In this document: piece by piece, positions 7,544 to 17,052 of the stretch
How the letters are laid out: each line of letters opens with the position of its first letter
How positions within the stretch are numbered: position 1 is the first letter of the stretch
Assembly: GCA_040754615.1 (NCBI GenBank)
Contig: JBFMBZ010000044.1
Location: 1-60,066 of the forward strand
DNA length: 60,066 nt
Direction: 5' to 3'
DNA from: Candidatus Omnitrophota bacterium
GTDB lineage: Bacteria; Omnitrophota; Gorgyraeia; Gygaellales; Profunditerraquicolaceae
Made by a program: the position numbers and the translations under genes
The notes under the pieces: model-generated
Databases searched by the model: none
What the model saw: the letters and a program-made list of their open reading frames with translations, nothing else
What the model was told of the DNA's origin: nothing

Positions 7544-9102
7544 CTCATCCTTTCTTGCAGGCCCTTCTTTTTTCTCCAGGCAATCTTAACCAATACTGCC
7601 AGCGTCAGGAATATTAATAAAAGCCCCAGCCTTGTGCCGAGGACAAACGGCTTATTCAGGGAAGGCACGCCTTTCATAAATATGAAGGGAATCCACTCCT
7701 GCCAAAACCACATCCCTAAGATAATGAATAAAAATAAAGGCGTAATGTATTTTATGATAAATTTATAAATTACGGGCACGCGCATCTCTGAACCCCGGTG
7801 AATCTCATCCCAGGCCTTCTCCATGCCGAATATCCAGGCAAAGAGGATGGTTTCAATAGTGGCAAATACTACCAGAAAGAAAGTCCCTCCCCAGAAATCC
7901 AGTTCGTCGACCACTCCGTTTTTCAGGAAAAAGATTGCCGGCTGGCAGAGCAAGAATGCGATAACCCCGAATATCAATACGGCTTTCCTGCGACTGATAT
8001 CAAATTCATCCTCTAAAAATGCTACTGCCGGCTGCGCCAATGAAACCGAAGAGGTAATCCCCGCCAGAAACAACAGGAAAAACCAGATAAAACCAAGAAT
8101 CTGCGCAAGCGGGAGTTTGTTTAAAACAAGGGGCATAGTCACAAACCCCAAATTAAAGACTCCTGAGCGGGCAATTGACTGGATATCAACAGGCCCAAAG
8201 AAAACAAAAGCTGCGGGGATGATAATGCTTCCTCCCAATATGACCTCTGCCAGCTCATTGGTGCTTGAGGCAGTGAGCCCAGAAAGGACTACGTCGTCCC
8301 CCTTAGACAAATAACTGGCGTAAGTAAGGATTACACCAATACCGACGCTAAGAGTAAAAAAGATCTGCCCTGCTGCCTCGAGCCAGACCTTGGCGGATTT
8401 TAAGGCCGAAAAATCCGGGTTCCACAGGAATCCAAAGCCGTTAAAAACATTCCATTCGGGTTTGGAAGGGTCAGGCGCTCCCAAAGTTAAAACCCTAACT
8501 AAAAGTATTGCGCCAAAAATAAATAAAAGCGGCATAGCAAACTTGCAAAGTTTCTCAATTCCTCCTTTTATGCCGTAATAAATCACCCAGATATTCAGTA
8601 CGAAGGTGATCAGAAAGAATAAATAAGCCGGCAACAGGCTGCTGAAATACTGGTTTTTCTCCAAGCCCTGATAGCCGCTCAAGAAACTTTGCATTGCTGC
8701 CTGGTCAGAAAACCCCGCATATTTCCCGGTAACGGCAAAAAAACTATAGGCCAGAGTCCAGGATTCTATAAAAGTGTAATAAATAAAAATCACTAATGGC
8801 CCGAAGATGCCGATTACTCCGAAATATTTTATAAAACGGTTTTTTTGCCAGATGCTGTGGAATATCCCCGGGGCAGTTCCATGCTCAAAACCTCCTCCGT
8901 AACGGCCAAGGGTCCATTCAATCCACATCAGGGGGATTCCCAGCAAAAAAAGGGAGACGAAATAAGGAATCATAAAAGCGCCACCGCCGTTGGCAGCGGC
9001 CTTCGCCGGAAACCTCAGGAAATTGCCCAGGCCTATGGCAGAACCTGCAACTGCCATGATGATCCCCAGCCGCGTCCCCCAACTATCTCTTTTCAGTGCC
9101 AT
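7540..9102 (-). CDS. Sodium-dependent transporter, neurotransmitter:sodium symporter (SNF/NSS) family
   Basis: WGTRLGIIMAVAGSAIGLGNFLRFPAKAAANGGGAFMIPYF is the signature NSS N-terminus. About 11-12 TM helices. Confidence 0.9.
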   Translation of the reverse strand: MALKRDSWGTRLGIIMAVAGSAIGLGNFLRFPAKAAANGGGAFMIPYFVSLFLLGIPLMWIEWTLGRYGGGFEHGTAPGIFHSIWQKNRFIKYFGVIGIFGPLVIFIYYTFIESWTLAYSFFAVTGKYAGFSDQAAMQSFLSGYQGLEKNQYFSSLLPAYLFFLITFVLNIWVIYYGIKGGIEKLCKFAMPLLFIFGAILLVRVLTLGAPDPSKPEWNVFNGFGFLWNPDFSALKSAKVWLEAAGQIFFTLSVGIGVILTYASYLSKGDDVVLSGLTASSTNELAEVILGGSIIIPAAFVFFGPVDIQSIARSGVFNLGFVTMPLVLNKLPLAQILGFIWFFLLFLAGITSSVSLAQPAVAFLEDEFDISRRKAVLIFGVIAFLLCQPAIFFLKNGVVDELDFWGGTFFLVVFATIETILFAWIFGMEKAWDEIHRGSEMRVPVIYKFIIKYITPLFLFIILGMWFWQEWIPFIFMKGVPSLNKPFVLGTRLGLLLIFLTLAVLVKIAWRKKKGLQERMR

Positions 9103-9568
9103 TTTGCGTATTTTCTAATTTAAGAAACCAGCCCTCCAGATCTAAAAGCGCCTTCTGGATTTGCGGGCTTAAATTATCCCCGAAAGAAATGTCCTTTGGC
9201 TGAATAATTAAAATAATTATATCCGCCCTGATATGGCTTTGCAAGTAATTTATTGCCAGGGCTAAAGAGGCATTATGGGTGGAAAAGAGGTTTACCGTTT
9301 CTAAATCGGCTCCCTCCCAAATCCTGAATTCTCCGGGCCTACCGCCAAAATCTACCGCGTCAATAATAAGGAGAGTATCCGGATTATCCCGGATAATCTT
9401 TCCCAGGTAATTTTCCGGGCTTTCTGCGGCATCATAAACCGTAAAAGGGATTTTGTTTTGCAGGCGCAGGGCTAAGATGGAACCTATTCCATCGTCAGAG
9501 CGCAGGGTATTTCCGATCCCCACGATAACTACCCTGCCTTTAAGGTGGGATTTAAGATGGCCGAGCAT
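9083..9568 (-). CDS. Hydrogenase maturation endopeptidase (HycI/HyaD family)
   Basis: VVIVGIGNTLRSDDGIGSILA, IIDAVDFG and STHNASL provide the Asp/Asp/His nickel-binding triad motifs of hydrogenase maturation proteases. Confidence 0.8.
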   Translation of the reverse strand: MLGHLKSHLKGRVVIVGIGNTLRSDDGIGSILALRLQNKIPFTVYDAAESPENYLGKIIRDNPDTLLIIDAVDFGGRPGEFRIWEGADLETVNLFSTHNASLALAINYLQSHIRADIIILIIQPKDISFGDNLSPQIQKALLDLEGWFLKLENTQNGTEKR

Positions 9569-9593
9569 ACATAAGAAGGCCTAAGAAAAAAAA

Positions 9594-9827
9594 TTACATA
9601 ATCTCCAATGCTGCCTGAATAAAGGGCAAAACGCCTTCTACTTCTTCCCTGGATAATCTTCCTAACTTCGCAAATATGACATTTCCCTGCCTGTCTTTGA
9701 CCTCCCGGGTAATCTGTAGTTTCTTCGGCCCGTTATTATAAGAATGCACGCTTACGATAATCTTGCCTTTATCCGTATCCAGCTCTTTCACAAACACCTT
9801 CTCATCAAGATTGTTTTCATACGGCAT
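9594..9827 (-). CDS. PC4/YdbC-like small nucleic-acid-binding protein
   Basis: 77 aa. The pattern DKGKIIVSVHSYNNGPKKLQI...KLGRLSREE resembles bacterial YdbC (PC4 fold) proteins. Recognised by pattern only. Confidence 0.45.
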   Translation of the reverse strand: MPYENNLDEKVFVKELDTDKGKIIVSVHSYNNGPKKLQITREVKDRQGNVIFAKLGRLSREEVEGVLPFIQAALEIM

Positions 9828-9853
9828 AACTATCCTCCTTTCGCGTTTCCCTG

Positions 9854-10264
9854 TTAATATTCCAATTTAATTTCAAAATTCTTCCTGCCGTCACTAAGAG
9901 TTACGGATTCCTTCTTGATATCTACCACCTCAAATCCAGAAACCTTTTCTCCGATTCTTACCACCGTATCGTTTATGGACGCCATGGGGTTTTCGCTGTC
10001 CCAGATGATGCCGTCAATCTTTAACTCCAGGGCCCCTGCCGAAGAATATACCTTGCCGCTAAAAGGGCACCTTACCCATTTTAAATCCGCCTCTTCTACG
10101 GTTTTCTTATCCGCGCTCTCAGCCAAAAGCTCTCCAGAAGAAAGCGCAGGCCCGCCCTTTACAGCTTTTCTTTTCTTTATTTTCGCCAGGGAACTTGCCA
10201 GGGTTAAGGCAAAAATAAGGATTAGCGCAACCGTAACGATTATCTCTATACGTTTTTTTGTCAT
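9854..10264 (-). CDS. Membrane-anchored pilus assembly protein (PilP/GspB-like C-terminal beta domain)
   Basis: N-terminal TM anchor. The C-terminal LKIDGIIWDSENPMASINDTVVRIGEKVSGFEVVDIKKESVTL is typical of PilP/GspB/GspC-type domains. Sits directly after pilO. Confidence 0.4.
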   Translation of the reverse strand: MTKKRIEIIVTVALILIFALTLASSLAKIKKRKAVKGGPALSSGELLAESADKKTVEEADLKWVRCPFSGKVYSSAGALELKIDGIIWDSENPMASINDTVVRIGEKVSGFEVVDIKKESVTLSDGRKNFEIKLEY

Positions 10265-10265
10265 A

Positions 10266-10844
10266 CTATCTTTCCCTGGCTGAATAAACAGATATCTTCA
10301 AAGAGGCGTCTAGCTGCGGCTCACCCTCCCCTCTTCCCTGAATATTTACTTCATTTATGCTTACCAGAAACGGAAAATTATTCCTTAAGGAATAGAGGTA
10401 TTCGCATAACGAGCGGTATTCGCAGGCTAAACGTAATGAAACCGGGAATTCCTCCATTTGGAAACCGGAGGCATTATCCTCCAAGGGCTTCTTGGCAAAA
10501 GGAGAAATGCTTTTTACCTGAATCTTAAGTTTCTTAGCCGCCTCCAACAGATTGTAGATTACTTTCTCATCAGTATCGGGAAAATAGTTTTTAAGGCCGG
10601 AGAGCTCTACTTTCATCTCCTTTACTGCCTGGTTTAATTCCTTTCCCGAAGTCAGCCGGTTTATTTCTTCAATTTGCGACTCAATAAGCCCGAGTTCTTT
10701 TCGCGCCAAAGCATACTGCCTGCCTAAGGGCCGGTACACAACAGCCCAGGCCAGTATCAGAAGGCCAAAGGTAAATATAGAAAGGTAAATTATTTTTTTC
10801 TGCTCTTTTGTCAGTTTATTTAGGGGGAAAATAATTTTTTTCAC
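10266..10844 (-). CDS. Type IV pilus assembly protein PilO-like
   Basis: 192 aa with a single N-terminal TM helix, a coiled coil (ELGLIESQIEEINRL) and a ferredoxin-like C-terminal domain. 4-nt overlap with pilMN. Confidence 0.6.
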   Translation of the reverse strand: MKKIIFPLNKLTKEQKKIIYLSIFTFGLLILAWAVVYRPLGRQYALARKELGLIESQIEEINRLTSGKELNQAVKEMKVELSGLKNYFPDTDEKVIYNLLEAAKKLKIQVKSISPFAKKPLEDNASGFQMEEFPVSLRLACEYRSLCEYLYSLRNNFPFLVSINEVNIQGRGEGEPQLDASLKISVYSARER

Positions 10845-12442
10845 GGCAATTTGAAATCTACGCTGAAATTTAATACCTCGGAATTATTCTCATTTACGCT
10901 CTTTTCTACGGAATTAATATTTGCCCCGGTAAAATAACCGGATTTCTCCATGGCCCCTACGAACCTGGTGAGTATTTCTTCGCGGCCGCTTTCGCTAAGC
11001 CGTAAAGACCCAGTAACGTTCATTATCCCGGTTTTAGCATTTAAAATAAGGCTCTCCAGAAAAACCTGCTTTCCTGCGGCATTACTTATTTTCTTTAATA
11101 TGCCGTATATCGGAGGCTGGGAATCCCGGGCATTGTTTATAAAATTATTCAAACCGTCCACCTTCATCTTCGTATCCTTGATTTCTGATAATGCGCCAAG
11201 ATGTAAGGCAGCGTTCTTAAGCCTCTGGCGGTAAGCCTTAACCCCTGCCCAGGCAACCAGGGAAGAAAAAGCAAGTAACGATACAATAATAAATGCGATT
11301 AAACGCAAAGAAACCTTCTGAATTTTCTCAATCCTTTCGCTGCGGAAGGCCCGCGGCATCAGGTTGAAATTTTCTTTGTAATCTAAAGCTGCGCCCAGGC
11401 TGCCTAAGCCATTAAGCAAATCATCGGGCCCAATAGCAGGACTTTTAATGATTTCATCAGGCACAGAAATCTTAGATACCGCAATCTGTACGTCATTATG
11501 CAAAAATTCATCCAGGTGCGGGATAGATAAGCCAGGGCCGGCAAGGAATAGAGAGTTTACTGCCTGGCCGTTAAATTGCGAGGTGTAATAATTTACGGAG
11601 CGCTTCAATTCCAGCGACAGCCTTTCCAAATCCTGGCGCAAGAGAGAAGAGATTTGAAAAGAGTTCAGTTTATTTTTGTATACGATATTATCCTTTGTAA
11701 CCCCTACCTTAAACAAAACCTCTTCTATTTCTTCTGCGTTTAATTGCACCTTTCCTTTATCCAAAGCAAGCGTTCCCGTAAGGGAATTCCTTAATTTATT
11801 TAACGAAACGGGAAGCTGGCGGAAAAACTCTAATTTATTATCCCTCTCTATTACAAAAAATGAATAATCATCTCCGAGGTGCAGGATGCCGGCAGGCTCA
11901 TTCTTCCTGCCTGATAGATACTTCTCTACTATGCTTATGTAACTTGAGATAAATGGGATAACCGCTACGCAACTTAAGCCCGCTTGTTTTAAAACCAAGA
12001 CTTGCTCTTCTATCTCTTTTTCCTTTGCCGCCAGGCATACGCAATCCAGTAAATTTGTCCCGTCCTCTTTTGTTTTCTGGCCCAGTATCGCGAAATCAAT
12101 GACCGCCTCGTCAATTGCCACAGGCAATTCTTTTTTTATCTGCCATTTTATGGCTTCGGGTATTTCGCTCTCCGGCATCAGGGGTAATAGCAGGCGCTTT
12201 GAGAATATGCTGCCCAAGGCCGGGATAAGGATAGCACCTCGCTCCTGAATCTGGTTAGTGCGCAAAAAATCCCGGATAGCGTTTAAAGAATTCTCTTGGG
12301 GCAGGAGGTTTTTTATCGGTGTAATGGTGAGTGCCTGTACTTGCGGATGAGCCGTAAGCCCAACGTACATCAGCTTAAGGCCGGAACTTACATCTACGAC
12401 AATAAGAGAACTGCTCTTTTTCATCAATATATTTTTAAGCAT
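10841..12442 (-). CDS. Type IV pilus assembly PilM-PilN fusion protein
   Basis: The N-terminal ~350 aa is an actin-like ATPase fold (PilM). It is followed by NLMP, a TM helix (LIAFIIVSLLAFSSLVAWAG) and a periplasmic PilN-like domain. Confidence 0.75.
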   Translation of the reverse strand: MLKNILMKKSSSLIVVDVSSGLKLMYVGLTAHPQVQALTITPIKNLLPQENSLNAIRDFLRTNQIQERGAILIPALGSIFSKRLLLPLMPESEIPEAIKWQIKKELPVAIDEAVIDFAILGQKTKEDGTNLLDCVCLAAKEKEIEEQVLVLKQAGLSCVAVIPFISSYISIVEKYLSGRKNEPAGILHLGDDYSFFVIERDNKLEFFRQLPVSLNKLRNSLTGTLALDKGKVQLNAEEIEEVLFKVGVTKDNIVYKNKLNSFQISSLLRQDLERLSLELKRSVNYYTSQFNGQAVNSLFLAGPGLSIPHLDEFLHNDVQIAVSKISVPDEIIKSPAIGPDDLLNGLGSLGAALDYKENFNLMPRAFRSERIEKIQKVSLRLIAFIIVSLLAFSSLVAWAGVKAYRQRLKNAALHLGALSEIKDTKMKVDGLNNFINNARDSQPPIYGILKKISNAAGKQVFLESLILNAKTGIMNVTGSLRLSESGREEILTRFVGAMEKSGYFTGANINSVEKSVNENNSEVLNFSVDFKLP

Positions 12443-12472
12443 CTTTCGTAAAATATTATAGCATATTTTGAG

Positions 12473-13087
12473 TTAAAAACTTTTAATTTCTGCGCTCGCA
12501 AGCAGGTCAACTGCACCCTGGAATTCGGAAAAGCTTCCTGAACCGCTTTTTACGGTAATATTAAGGATTACCCGGCGGATTTCTGAGAGGCTGTCAGAGC
12601 CGGAAACCCAATCTGCATCGCCTGCCTTTTTATAACTGAAGATTACGGAAGGAGTGGCCTTGCCGTCTATGGTAATTGATGAACTGATATAATAAGGAAT
12701 TACTGTTTCCTGTGACCAGCTTGAGCCGCCGTCAGTGCTGCTTGAACGGTAGATATGTTTATCTAAAGGGTCCCAGCGGAAACGCACGGAAATCCCCTCA
12801 TCAGAGGTTGGATAGCCATAAGTATATGAAAATTGGGTTGCAGAGGCATCCAGGGGTGTCCGTGCGTATCTTATCCCCCGGAAATCCTGATTTCCTTCTA
12901 TTACGGCATAGCTTGCCTCTTCGGCGACTTTTGCCGTATCTAGCTGCCGGGGCCCATACATATATAACTGCACCAGGAAAATCACTATACCGGAAAATAC
13001 CGCGCCAAGTATCGTGATAACCAAGATAACTACTATAATTTCCGTTAAAGTAGCGCCCTTTTCTTTTTTAAGCCTATTACCATGCAT
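12473..13087 (-). CDS. Prepilin-type N-terminal cleavage/methylation domain protein (minor pilin)
   Basis: KG/ATLTEIIVVILVITILGAV: class III signal peptide with Glu5 and a hydrophobic helix. Confidence 0.7.
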   Translation of the reverse strand: MHGNRLKKEKGATLTEIIVVILVITILGAVFSGIVIFLVQLYMYGPRQLDTAKVAEEASYAVIEGNQDFRGIRYARTPLDASATQFSYTYGYPTSDEGISVRFRWDPLDKHIYRSSSTDGGSSWSQETVIPYYISSSITIDGKATPSVIFSYKKAGDADWVSGSDSLSEIRRVILNITVKSGSGSFSEFQGAVDLLASAEIKSF

Positions 13088-13853
13088 AGCTTGCAGTTTG
13101 CGTTGCGTCGCTCATTATAAAGACTAAACTGGCAACTGAAGAAAGGTTCTTGCTAAACTCAAAGAGCCCGGTATTGCTGTAAGCGGTACTCGGGCTGAGT
13201 GTAAAATTTGTATCAAACGTTATGGTGCTTCCGGAAGCGGCATTTCCAGACCATCTTCCTGTCCCGTCCATAGTAATTGTACTAAGTTTAATCCCGCTCT
13301 GTCCGGAAAATGTTATAATCACTCCCGTAATGGTTATAGAAGAAGAGCCTGTATTTTCCAGGGTAATGTTTTGCAGGAGACTGCCGGAAATATCCCCTCC
13401 AGAAACGCTCAGGGAATCTGCCTGGCCTCCCCCGGAAACTGCGCCTCCTGCGCTTCCTGCGCCAAATGAAACAGCTGCTACGTAAGTTATCAAATCTACC
13501 AGATGCGCGCTCGTTTCTCCTGCGGGATAAACCCTTACCCGCACCTGTTTTAAGTTATTATCCCAACCTGCGGCATAATTTACTGTGCGGCGCACATCAT
13601 AGCTGTATCCTTCATAATTGCTTATAGTAGTATCGTAACCATCTGCTAACGTGGTATCGGAAAAGCTGAGGTTATTGACCTTAGCCATTTCAACCTTGGC
13701 TAAATTCTGGGCTGCCGTTAAATTCCTGGCATAGACTATGGCGCGTAAATACTCCATAGACATAAATCCCAGGGGTATCATTACTATGCCCAGGACTACA
13801 ATTGTAATGACCAGCTCAACGAGCGTAAAACCGCTTCTATTTTTAATCATCAT
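13077..13853 (-). CDS. Prepilin-type minor pilin
   Basis: RSG/FTLVELVITIVVLGIV. Start set at the ATG that forms an ATGA overlap with the upstream stop. The track start at 13883 adds 10 unlikely residues. Confidence 0.75.
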   Translation of the reverse strand: MMIKNRSGFTLVELVITIVVLGIVMIPLGFMSMEYLRAIVYARNLTAAQNLAKVEMAKVNNLSFSDTTLADGYDTTISNYEGYSYDVRRTVNYAAGWDNNLKQVRVRVYPAGETSAHLVDLITYVAAVSFGAGSAGGAVSGGGQADSLSVSGGDISGSLLQNITLENTGSSSITITGVIITFSGQSGIKLSTITMDGTGRWSGNAASGSTITFDTNFTLSPSTAYSNTGLFEFSKNLSSVASLVFIMSDATQTASYAW

Positions 13854-14632
13854 GGTATTATATGGCCTGCGGGCTCCTGCCATGAAGTAATCCTATCGGT
13901 GCCGGTATCATAAGTAGCGCTAAGGGTCCTCCTTGCCTCTACCACAGGGCCGTTCCTTATTTCTCCCGTTGCAGTGATAGAAAACTCTCTGTTTGCCCCC
14001 AGACCGCTTTTTAAAAGATACGTTTTAAAAGTCGAGCCGTCACTAAAAATAAAGGTGCAAACCACTTCATCGGAAACATTATTGGAAAACTGAAATACCT
14101 GGTCATTGGCTCCGGCATAAGATACGCCCGAAGCGATTGAAAGGTCATTAATGTTCAGGGATGCCGGCGAACTTACCGTCCCTGTCCAGACAGTAGTATT
14201 GCCTAACGTAACCTTAGTAATGTCTCCCCCAAAGGTCCAGGCCAGTATTATATCCGTTATTGTAATAGAACTTGCGGCATTGGCATTCTTGAGCGCTATG
14301 CGCTTGAGGTTTTTCCCGGAAGCCTGGGGGCTAGAAGCATCCACCCACAAAAAATTGGAATCCTCTCCTAAATGGTAATAAAATTCTCCGGAAACGTTTA
14401 TATTCTGCGCAGCGTCCCAAAGGGTATCCGGCCGGTAATCCACTATCGCCCGCATAATCCCTGCCTGCGCCATATATAACGCCTTATCCTGGTTGATAAG
14501 GGCAAGATTAAGCCGAAGCGACTCGCTAATATAAACAGATATCCCCAGCGACACTATAGAAAGCAAGGTAATAATAATTATCGCCTGAATCAGCGCAAAG
14601 CCTTTATTTTGCCTCATTAAAAGGATATTCAT
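13850..14632 (-). CDS. PilX/GspK-like minor pilin (lacks Glu5)
   Basis: NKG/FALIQAIIIITLLSIV pilin-like N-terminus with Gln at position +5. ATGA overlap with the YfhO-like gene. Confidence 0.65.
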   Translation of the reverse strand: MNILLMRQNKGFALIQAIIIITLLSIVSLGISVYISESLRLNLALINQDKALYMAQAGIMRAIVDYRPDTLWDAAQNINVSGEFYYHLGEDSNFLWVDASSPQASGKNLKRIALKNANAASSITITDIILAWTFGGDITKVTLGNTTVWTGTVSSPASLNINDLSIASGVSYAGANDQVFQFSNNVSDEVVCTFIFSDGSTFKTYLLKSGLGANREFSITATGEIRNGPVVEARRTLSATYDTGTDRITSWQEPAGHIIP

Positions 14633-16986
14633 CGCATTTTTAATTTTAACACAACTAAAATGACAATCAACAAAGTACTTAAACTTATTAACAAGCCGAT
14701 TTTAAAAGAGGCGGGATTATACCGGAATACCACCAGATGCTTTCCCGGATTAAGATATACTGCCCGTAAAATAAAATTTGCCCTGTAAATCTTCTGGCGC
14801 CTGCCGTCCACAAAAGCCTCCCATCCGGGATAATAGTTATCCGCAAACACAAGCAGCCTGGGGATATGCAGGCAATCCGCTTCAATAATTACTTCATTCG
14901 GCTCGTAGTGGATAATCCGGCATGATTCTCTTTTTGTTTTATCCGGAAAAGCCAAATAATATTCCCCGGAGCGCAGAACAGGCTCCTCTTCTAAAATTAC
15001 TTCTTTATCCGGATTAAAAGACTTTGATTTTAATTTAGCTGCGATATCCATTTCGTCCTTCAATATTACGAAGCTGCTGGCCAAGAGCGCCCTGGGCAAG
15101 GCATTCCTATTCTTGTAGAGAAAGGAGCCTTCAGCGCTCCGGATGAGTTCGCATCCGGGATCTTTAATTTCCCTGGGAGTAAGGATATATTTGACGTTCA
15201 GCATGTTCAATATATTGGTGCTTGAGGGAAGCGGCGCCGTATCGGCGAGGTTTAGCACTTTGGAATAATTGAGATTGTGTATGGATAAATACCCCCTTGT
15301 GTCGCTAATCCCGTGCTCAATAAGGCGGTTTGCCGAAAGGCCATCTATGGAATTGACAAAGGCCTCTTCATAAGTGCCGCCCTTTAACAATTCATGCGAT
15401 TTATGCATCTGGTAAGACGCATAAATCCTGAAGAGGCTTTTATCTTCTTTTAAGTAGGCTATATTGGGAGTTTCTTTATGTATAATTTTAGCCGGCACAG
15501 CAGGGTTGATTTCCAAATTTTTTACCCCGTATAAATCCACAAAAATAAGGCTAAGCAATATAAGCCCCAAAGCGGATAAAGGGAGTTTTTTCTTTGCGCC
15601 TAGAAATAAGAAAAGGCCCGCCAGGATAAAGAAAACCAGCATCCTTCTAAAATTAAAAAGGTCTACGCCAAAAATAGTGAAATATTTTAAGTTATAAGAC
15701 CTGTCTTTAAACTTAATGTTTTCAAAGAGCTTAAAAAAGTAAGCGTGAATCTGCTCTTTAAATATATAAAGCAAGAGGAATAAAATTGAGGCGATAAAAG
15801 TTGCCAAGAAAATGGATTTAATAAACTTTATAAACTTCTCATCGCCCTCCCTTACCATCCGGCAATACTCCTGCCAGCCTGCTCCGGTTAAGAAGGCAAA
15901 GGAAACCGCGCTTAAAAAGAAGAATTTTATAGGGTAGCGAATGAGGCCAAACCCAGGGATAACCTTGTATAATAGCGCGTAAACCGGGGTAAACTTGCCG
16001 AATGTAAAGATAAGTCCGAGAATAAAAATAACCTTGAAGAAATTGGAATTTTTATTCCGGCAAAATATTACGGCGATTAAAAACAATATAAAGGCAGCCA
16101 CGCTCAGGTAAGAAAGCAGGAGCCAGTCCTGCCGGAAAGGGGCTTCTTCCTGAAAATGCAATGGCCCGTAAAAAAAGGGGAGCAGGAAATTAACAATATC
16201 CCGGGGCGGAAGCGACCAATGGGTGCTTAAGTCAAAGGCTGACTGCTGCCGCGTGGATAATTTTATTAGCTCTATAAAGGGGAGTATCTGAAAACTGAAC
16301 AATAAAGCAAAGAGCAGAATAGTTGAAATAAAAACTCCCCAGATTCTTAACATACTCCCTTTTTTGCGCTCTATAAAAAAAAGTGAATACACGCCCAGGC
16401 TGATAACCGTAGCGAACATGGGCGTAGGCTCTCCTCCCAAAAACATCATCCCTAAGAATACCGCACTTAATACAATATCAATCAGCTTATTATTCGTGAG
16501 GCTGCGGTGATAGAACAGAAAAGCCAGAGGGAACCAGACCGCTGCTGCCAAAGTCGTGGTCAGGTTAATTACCGCAATAAGGTATCCTCCGAACATAAAA
16601 GTAATTGCTGAAATCAGGGCGCTCGTCTGGTTAAACTTTAGGCTGCGCATTAGAATATAAAAGAAAAACCCTCCCAGGAAAATATGCAGGATAATAAAGA
16701 AATTAAAGGCAAAATCAAAATCAAAGATTAGATACACTAAACTGGGAGGATACAGGACTGCTGATTGTAACGCAGCGAATAAAGGGTGGCCAGAGCTGAT
16801 ATAAGGGTTCCAAAAAGGGAAATTCCCCTTTTTTATCTCTGTGAAGGCAAATTGCCTTAAAGGGTAATAGTAGCGCGAAAGGTCGCGAAAAGAAAGAACC
16901 TTATCCGATAAGATAATATCCGTAAAGTAGAAAAAAACCAGCCCGGATAGTAACAGAAAGGCTAATAAAGTGCGGGTAATTTTCAC
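14629..16986 (-). CDS. YfhO-family polytopic membrane protein (GT-C-type glycosyltransferase-like)
   Basis: 785 aa with more than 12 TM helices and a C-terminal soluble domain. The N-terminus FRDLSRYYYPLRQFAFTEIKKGNFPFWNPYISSGHPLFAALQS is typical of YfhO proteins. GTG start. Confidence 0.65.
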   Translation of the reverse strand: MKITRTLLAFLLLSGLVFFYFTDIILSDKVLSFRDLSRYYYPLRQFAFTEIKKGNFPFWNPYISSGHPLFAALQSAVLYPPSLVYLIFDFDFAFNFFIILHIFLGGFFFYILMRSLKFNQTSALISAITFMFGGYLIAVINLTTTLAAAVWFPLAFLFYHRSLTNNKLIDIVLSAVFLGMMFLGGEPTPMFATVISLGVYSLFFIERKKGSMLRIWGVFISTILLFALLFSFQILPFIELIKLSTRQQSAFDLSTHWSLPPRDIVNFLLPFFYGPLHFQEEAPFRQDWLLLSYLSVAAFILFLIAVIFCRNKNSNFFKVIFILGLIFTFGKFTPVYALLYKVIPGFGLIRYPIKFFFLSAVSFAFLTGAGWQEYCRMVREGDEKFIKFIKSIFLATFIASILFLLLYIFKEQIHAYFFKLFENIKFKDRSYNLKYFTIFGVDLFNFRRMLVFFILAGLFLFLGAKKKLPLSALGLILLSLIFVDLYGVKNLEINPAVPAKIIHKETPNIAYLKEDKSLFRIYASYQMHKSHELLKGGTYEEAFVNSIDGLSANRLIEHGISDTRGYLSIHNLNYSKVLNLADTAPLPSSTNILNMLNVKYILTPREIKDPGCELIRSAEGSFLYKNRNALPRALLASSFVILKDEMDIAAKLKSKSFNPDKEVILEEEPVLRSGEYYLAFPDKTKRESCRIIHYEPNEVIIEADCLHIPRLLVFADNYYPGWEAFVDGRRQKIYRANFILRAVYLNPGKHLVVFRYNPASFKIGLLISLSTLLIVILVVLKLKMR

Positions 16987-17003
16987 GGGAGCCTTGTATT
17001 TAT

Positions 17004-17033
17004 GAAAAAAGCCCTGACTTTATGGCCAGGGCT
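17004..17033 (-). terminator. Intrinsic terminator/attenuator after the major pilin gene
   Basis: Minus strand: AGCCCTG gccataaagt CAGGGCT TTTTT, 20 nt after the pilin stop. Confidence 0.65.
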
Positions 17034-17052
17034 TTGCAAATAATTTCCTGAA

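Noticed and set aside
12443-12472. An internal extended -10 promoter (TGCTATAAT) just upstream of pilMN.
   Set aside because: The -10 match is good, but there is no -35 box at the right spacing and it lies only 13 nt from the ATG in AT-rich DNA. It is plausible but too weakly supported to list as a feature.
14688-14885. Short minus-strand ORFs nested in other frames: 14688-14885, 16983-17204, 18898-19104, 31939-32142, 33263-33550, 40603-40794, 44145-44348, 49190-49450, 58848-59042.
   Set aside because: Each is fully or largely contained within a longer, motif-supported CDS on the same strand in another frame. Their composition is Arg/Cys/Gly-rich and they have no ribosome-binding sites or motifs.
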